A stretch of 54,624 bases of DNA, from positions 1 to 54,624 of the forward strand of contig KZ538677.1 in assembly GCA_000934665.2 (NCBI GenBank). The letters run 5' to 3'. This document shows, piece after piece, positions 48,386-54,624 of the stretch; the stretch's first letter is position 1, and each line of letters begins with the position of its first letter. This stretch comes from Catajapyx aquilonaris (lineage: Eukaryota). The notes beneath the pieces are model-generated. The model made no database searches, was not told where the DNA came from, and was given only the letters and a program-made list of their open reading frames with translations. Both the position numbers and the translations under genes were made by a program.

Positions 48386-48842
48386 CAGCAGCGGATTTCC
48401 CGTTAGGCACAGTAGGCACTGGCCTAGGGGCGGCAGCGAGTTGCAATAAATATATTTCTCAAATACAATAATAGGAAATTAAGGCGAGATCACTAAGAAA
48501 ATCGATTTTTTGAGAGCTTGATTTACCACTACAGGCAGAAAAGGTAATTGCCAAAGGGCGGCCGCCCTCTGGTCGGCCATAACTTTCAATATAATATTTT
48601 AAAATAAAATAACATTAAATGAAGGAGAGAACACAATTTAAAAATTTGCACTTTTAAGCGTCAGGCCGGGGGGAGGGGCGGCCGTATCTCAAGTGCCTAA
48701 GGGCGGCCGGGGGGNNNNNNNNNNNNNNNNNNNNNNNNNNNNNNNNNNNNNNNNNNNNNNNNNNNNNNNNNNNNNNNNNNNNNNNNNNNNNNNNNNNNNN
48801 NNNNNNNNNNNNNNNNNNNNNCCCCCCCCAGATCCGGCGCTG
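48386..48842. mobile_element. hAT-like MITE spanning an assembly gap
   Basis: Ends CAGCAGCGGATT / GATCCGGCGCTG; subterminal GCCTAGGGGCGGC-type motifs. Confidence 0.6.
48715..48821. other. Assembly gap (107 N) between G and C homopolymers
   Basis: Run of N read directly. Confidence 0.99.
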
Positions 48843-48846
48843 CCTA

Positions 48847-50111
48847 CAGAGGCGGTTTCACCTCTATGGTAGCAAATTGCGATTTAAAATAACTTCGTGT
48901 GAAACTTTCGCCACCAACGACGCTGTTGTATGTGATACCCCTGTAGTCAGACTATCACCCAACATCAAAGCTTTCATTCTATGAGACTTATTTTTAGAGC
49001 AGCATTGTCCCACCCCACCTGAATGACTTTCCAAATGCTTGCCAGAGACCAGGGGGGTCTCCTTGTGAGGGCCCTTTTTAGCAGCCCAAACCAGTAGAAA
49101 TCCATGTGAGAGGTATCAGATTTGGCAGGGATGTCGGATGTTGGCATGCAATGTTTTCCTTTTTCAATCTCCATACATTCCACGTAGGCCACCATCGATC
49201 GAGACGTATGACTCGATGCTTTATCGTGGTACATCAACACTTTTGAAGTGTCCCAGCCATGCAGCTGAGAGATATCATGTTAATACGATGGTGTCAGTAC
49301 GTCCCTCTGGTTGCAGGCAGAACTTATCATGGCCTTTTTGCCAACTCTGTGCAGTGATTTTGCCTCAGTGGAAGTATCCTGCCACTACCATGAAACCGCG
49401 TGCGTAACTTTCTTTGCACTCGCGCACCCAATGTAAATGGGCTTTGGATGTGTGTTGCAGGAGTAAATGGCCCATACCTTGTTGCAGTCGGTTGGTACAC
49501 TCATGCTTCATCCAGTGACATGATACGTTTTCATCTTTCACCAGCTAAATGTCTCTGGTACAGCTTTCTGCAGTTGGTCTTGCGCTCTGCAATGTGGCTT
49601 GGTTTCAGCGCATGAACTTTGGCTTTGTGAGGAACTTCCAAGTTCAGGTCTTGCGATGAACAGTTGACAGGCCACACATGCTGCGATGTGCCCTTGGGTG
49701 TTTGGGTTCTCCTTTGTCACCGTTACTTGCCTTTTCTTCGTCACCTCCGGTGTTCAGCGCAGTGTGGGGTGTCGCTTCTGGCCGTGTCCTGAAGTACCAG
49801 CAACAGATGATGTGGCGAATTTGTTACGATTCAACACTGCGTTGATCCGTCTGGCATGGTGAAATATTTCAGCTTACACTGATTCCTGATCTGACTGTAT
49901 GTATATTCCACGTTGGAAAGAGCAACAATGTACCCTTCCCATTAGGGAATTATTTTTGAAGGCATGCCACACTGTGCAGCTGTCTTGCACACGATGCTGA
50001 TGTATCCTGGTCTGGTCTTTTCACCTAGGCCCATTTCGCCCAAGCATCTCGCTATGGTATTTTTCTACTGTCATTTAAACTTTGCTACCATAGATGTGAA
50101 ACAGCCTTCTG
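48847..50111 (-). mobile_element. Full-length but inactivated Tc1/mariner-superfamily transposon (DD41D/rosa-like)
   Basis: TIR CAGAGGCGGTTTCACCTCTATGGTAGCAAA / TTTGCTACCATAGATGTGAAACAGCCTTCTG with TA flanks; 1265 bp. Minus-strand relic motifs ...TLDEA..., YHDKASSHTSR...DIPAKSDTSHMDFYWFGLLKRAL; frameshifts and stops present. Confidence 0.85.
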
Positions 50112-50217
50112 TAGAGTAGATGACACTTTTAGCACTATACAGTGTTACTATGGATCAACTACAAATAAATACATTTAAGCCTTTCAAATTTTCAGAGCCC
50201 ATTGGAGAGATCCTTAC

Positions 50218-51414
50218 CCTCCAATCCCGGTCGTGAAAGTCGGACTCCAAATACATAGCTGGACTGTCCTCATCAACAGCAATCACTCCAGACATACGTT
50301 CAACCAGCCGATTCTCAAAGTTCCCACAACACACCCTCATCTTCCCAATCATGGCCAAGGCTCTCTTGATCCCCAGGGCATTGCGGAGAACCTGCCGATC
50401 AATAGCTTGATGAGCCTCTGAGTCAGGAGGAAGTGCATGGTCATGAACCAGGATAGTGTAATTCATCTGTGGGTGGACCACCAGCACCCGCTGGATAGTC
50501 ATGTTGGTCACATAGTAGGCTTCCAGGTCACTAACTTCGTCGCTAGATATTATCCAACCCTGGAAAACACACGGCAATAAACACACTTGTTGATCATTGT
50601 TACAAAACTTATAACAAAGGTTACAAATAGATGAGGTGGAGCAGAGAGAGTTCATCATTAAACAGTAGGCTACTGCTTGTTGAGAATATCCAAAGCTAGC
50701 AACCTACAGTCCCAGAATTCCACAGAATTTATAATATCATGGAACCTTGGTATTATTGAATAAGTATTATTACAGACACATTCAAGGTTTATGCTTCAAT
50801 AAGCTTGTTATGACAACTCAGCCCATCACTTTGATCAATCTTGGTACACACAGCTTTTGCTTTCATTTTTTAAATATGCCAATGCATAAAACTAGTGAAA
50901 ATATTGTAATGAAATTGACTTGGATTATAAGGTCAAGGAGGATGCTAGGCTACTAAACCATACTGGATCAGTTGCAAGTGAATCAGGTAAGGGGTCGTCC
51001 ATATACCACGTGACCGTTTTGGGGGGAGGGGGGGNGGGGTGTGCTGATATACCACGGTTGGTCACGGGGGGGAGGGGGGGTCAAAAAGTGCCCGAAAATC
51101 GGTCACGTGGTTTATGGACGACCCCTAAAAGATTGTTTCTGAAGTTTAGAGTTACAGCCAGACAATAAATTTGCCAGCTCAAGCCAAATAAGAATGAAAC
51201 TGACCTGTGGAAGATTGACTTTCCTAAGCTGTTCCTCCAGTTTACGGAGGTGAAAGGGCTTGACAACAGGCTGCAGTGGAGTCAGCCATGGCTGATCATT
51301 GGGAGAGGAATTAACTTGAGCCGAGGATAATGGCATACTTGAAGACTTTTCCTCTTGCTTCTCCTGCTTCATGGCTGATCGAGGAGAGATGCGTGTGCGC
51401 CTCTGCAGGTTCTC
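50218..51414 (-). CDS. Two internal exons of an unidentified gene, possibly a THAP/P-element-associated protein
   Basis: Phase-0 exons 51414-51205 (ENLQRR...LRKVNLPQ) and 50559-50218 (GWIISS...MRVCCGNFE...MYLESDFHDRDWR), with strong sites ttccacag|, |gtcagt, ttttccag|, |gtaagg; 184 codons without a stop. The family call rests only on remembered resemblance of the LPxGW and VCxGN motifs. Confidence 0.7.
50991..51125. mobile_element. Harbinger/Tourist MITE
   Basis: TIR GGGGTCGTCCATA.ACCACGTGACCG / CGGTCACGTGGT.TATGGACGACCCC with an exact TAA TSD. Confidence 0.9.
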
Positions 51415-51850
51415 CTGTGGAACACGTATTTAGAGCAGTGGCTGTCAGATAACGTAGTGTAACAGGGTTTTAACACTTTTGTGCTTATCTGATAATTTTG
51501 ATGTTTCCCTATTGATTTTGGCGTCAGAATTTCAAAAATGCCAATATTTTTTGCATAGCACCAACAGTTTAGTCACAATTTACACTACTCTAAAATTTAT
51601 GCAGTGGTATGATTATAATGTGTACTGTACTACCTGTATTACAGAGCATTATGCTATAGGACAGGGAATGTAAGAGAATTCAAATCCTGAATAGGGTCTA
51701 CTATCAATACACAGCATGAATTGAAACATATTGTTCATTGTATCCTAAAAACAAGTAGTATATACATAGGCCTATAGCCTTAACCTCTCAAGAGTCACAC
51801 TACTAGTACCAAATTCCAGATGTAGCTTCCCATCATACCTTATTCACTTT

Positions 51851-52411
51851 TATGAACCAAGGCCATACTAAAATGATTTATAATTAATTTTTTTGACACA
51901 AATGCAGTGCCCATACATGTAGGCAGATAGTCACATATTATAGATAGAATCCTCCTGGAGCTGAATACACAGAAGTCATGAGTGTGAAACCTCTCCGTGC
52001 CCTCCAGGAACAATTTTTTGGAGGTTCGGCCCACCCCCTCCTGGACAACTGCTTACAGTCAACAATGTCCTCGAAATTGCATCAGCGAAGGAGTTTTTTT
52101 GTGGATATGAACAGGTGAAAGTCACTGGGGGCCAAGCTGGGTTGAGTGCAGTGGGTGTGGAAGCACCCAAACCCAGATCCACGAAAAAAAACCCTTCGCC
52201 TATGCCATTTCGAGGAAATTGTTGACAATGGTTTACGTTGTCCTCGAAATGGCACTTTTTGGAGGGCCTGGAGAGGTTGACACACCTGTGGTGGTAGTGC
52301 ATTCTGCTCCAGGAGGATTTTATCTACAATGTGTGACTATCTGCCGACCTGTACGGGCACTGTATTTGTGGCAAAAAAAGTAATTGTACATCATTTTAGT
52401 ACGGCCCTCGT
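51851..52411. mobile_element. Mariner-derived foldback MITE
   Basis: Arms of more than 110 bp (GGCCATACTAAAATGAT...ATCCTCCTGGAGC versus GCTCCAGGAGGAT...ATCATTTTAGTACGGCC). The core translates on minus as ...SLAPSDFHLFISTKKLL, the mariner PSDFHLF motif. Confidence 0.82.
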
Positions 52412-52461
52412 AGATACCTAGTTCATCACAAAAAATAATCAGCACAAGTGCCACTTTTATC

Positions 52462-52750
52462 GGGGGGCATGGTGGTCTAGTGGCTATGCTACTGGCCAGC
52501 CAAGCAGGAGGTCCGGGGTAAAAATCCCATACCCGTCACCTTCGCTTGGTCAGGTTTTTTGTTCCACTTTTCACCCAACATGACCGGGCAGATTCGCACT
52601 CCCTTCTCTGCCCAGAGCCAGGAGAAAAAGTCTGGTTTATGATGTGTCCAATAAATGACGCTAAACTTTCAGCAGCGCCCTCCCTTGGGAATCCCCCCTT
52701 CCCCTACACGTGCGGACCAGGACTTTGCGTTGTAACAACAGTGTACTGAT
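52462..52750 (+). mobile_element. Degenerate tRNA-derived SINE
   Basis: Head GGGGGGCATGGTGGTCTAGTGG (A box) and GGAGGTCCGGGGTAAAAATCCC (degenerate B box). Confidence 0.55.
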
Positions 52751-53441
52751 TGTGAAAGCACAAAATAAAGGCCTGTGCAATACCTCATTAACCCAGATAT
52801 CCTCCTGAGACCCGAGAAGAATTTTTAACGCAATGTCAGTTCCTATTGCATTTTCTGAACATTTTCCCAATAAGAAACGAGAAAACAATTTTAGTTTTAA
52901 AATATTGACAAACAACCAATGAGAACAGTAGGACCCAATTGCTGCTACAAAAGCAGAACGGATGAAAGCTGAAAATTTAAATATCACTGAATGGATCACT
53001 AACATAGTGTTCTATCCTCAAAGCAATGTTTTTAAAATTCATTTGTTCATTTGGGATTTTTATTTATGCTGTTAGCATAAAATTCACAGCATGACATACC
53101 TAGAGGGACAAGACACATGGCCTCTACATTTTGTGTGTCGACCTTACAGAAAATATTTTCCTACAAGATTTATCTGTGTTAATTGCCTAACAGAGTAGTG
53201 TAGGTATATTGTCAGGAAGTGTAGAATTATTTGCCACTGCATTATAATCCATCTTTATGTTACTTTTGTTTTTAGTGAGATGGGGCAAAAGTCATTAGGA
53301 AAGGCGCCAGTTCTGGGAGAATCACCCATGCGCAGTAGGCTACTCTCCCGACTGCTCGGCGAGTTACTGGCTGCGTGTGTTACACACTTGCTCTGATCTC
53401 GTGTGTTATTTACCAATTCTCCTATGAAAATAACTAGTTAA

Positions 53442-53957
53442 CCCTTTGATGCCTGAGTTTTTTTGGCCATTTTAGTCTCTTTATGAAAAAAAATATCTAG
53501 TAGGAGTAATATTAATGAAAAACAATATGCTCCAATATTTATCATTTCAACTCGTGGTGGTCCATTTGAATGCAAAATGCCGAAAAAATTCATCTACAGG
53601 GTGTTCCAGAAATTTTTTTAAAAGTGCAATTAACTTGAAACGTAATTAAATTTATTTAAATTTTTAACGTCACTATAAAATTGTTACTGTGGTTACATAA
53701 TACTACTAAAACACTGTGAGAAATTACTACGAGTCCAGGCATCGCATGTTGTCAAAAACTTTCAGGCGGGAGGGGGTATGCTTAGCTCCCGCTGGGAGGC
53801 GGGAAAACTGATTAGCATACGTCATGGTAGTTGAGCCCCCTTCCACGAGGTGGTAGGAGCAGTTTGAGCCTCAAACTGCGCCATTTCTGTGTAAACTCTA
53901 GCGCTCCCAGTTCAAAAACCAGCAGGACATCATATGATGTCTGTAGGCATCAAAGGG
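53442..53957. mobile_element. piggyBac-type MITE
   Basis: TIR CCCTTTGATGCCT / AGGCATCAAAGGG with an exact TTAA TSD on both sides. Confidence 0.9.
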
Positions 53958-53967
53958 TTAATCTAAA

Positions 53968-54115
53968 ATAACCGCTAACCGGTTATAACCGAGGTTATTT
54001 CAATAACCGATAACTGGTTATAACCGAGGTTATTTCAATAACCGATAACTGGTTATAACCGAGGTTATATCAATAACCAATAACGGTTTTCAAATTCAAT
54101 AACCGCACAGCCCTA
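53968..54115. repeat. 35-bp tandem repeat (about 3 copies), probably the subterminal array of a hAT element end
   Basis: Unit CAATAACCGATAACTGGTTATAACCGAGGTTATTT; ends in AATAACCGCACAGCCCTA, the reverse complement of a TAGGGCTG-type hAT terminus. Confidence 0.75.
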
Positions 54116-54531
54116 TGGGCGGGGTCTGGCATTGTAGTCAAACAGAATGACACCCAAGGTGAGGAGACCTGACATATTGTGACAAGATAGAGATTTCAGT
54201 TCGTCCAAGGTTAGGCAATAAGGAAAAGCAATGATTGTTTCCCCTGTATCCAGAAAATCAAGCAGAAGAGCACGAGCCCCGGCACGAGCCCACTTTTTGT
54301 GGCGAGCTTTTTTTGATTAATCAGCTGTGCATGTGGTCACACAGGACCAGAGATATGCAATATGCGACTCTGAGATGTGTGGCTAATTTTTCATATTCAG
54401 CAAATAACTGCTGTTAATGTTTTCTCGATGTGCCAGACCCAGGAAACTCATACAGTATATTGAACCAGCCTCATATATGCACTATAGAATAGCAGTTTAT
54501 CCTAGTACCGGTATGTGTAAAATTTCATATA

Positions 54532-54624
54532 CAGGGTGTTTATTGTAACTCTGCAAAGACTTTCAGGGGTAATAGAGGGGACCAAGACAAGTATTTTTGA
54601 CATAGGAACCTGTGTCCGGAAACG
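54532..54624 (+). mobile_element. Left end of a Tc1/mariner-type element cut by the window edge
   Basis: TA|CAGGGTGTTTATTGTAACTC terminus. Confidence 0.5.

Noticed and set aside
53968..54115. 35-bp direct repeats resembling a CRISPR array
   Set aside because: Units are contiguous with no unique spacers, the context is eukaryotic and there are no cas genes.

Overview
Eukaryotic, intron-rich animal genomic DNA, most likely from an arthropod (inferred from the gene families present), at about 40% GC and dense with degraded DNA transposons, MITEs and tRNA-derived SINEs. Manual splicing gives three gene-level results. (1) A complete 4-exon H2.0/HLX homeobox gene on + (33060-41331, 318 aa, eh1 motif plus homeodomain), including an exon missing from the ORF track. 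(2) Upstream of it and transcribed away from it, four co-oriented minus-strand genes (5453-22848) for uncharacterised secreted or membrane proteins. Three end in a DM4/DM12-like cysteine module, two share a hydrophobic helix followed by a Lys-Met-Thr/Gly segment, and several have furin-like sites. This cluster is the most interesting signal in the window. (3) Two clean minus-strand exons (50218-51414) of a further gene resembling THAP/P-element-associated proteins. The rest is nested MITEs (Tc1/mariner, hAT, Harbinger, piggyBac, pogo-like), mariner and Tc1 relics, SINEs, microsatellites and one assembly gap. All gene models are hand-derived from GT-AG sites and phase consistency; no searches were run.
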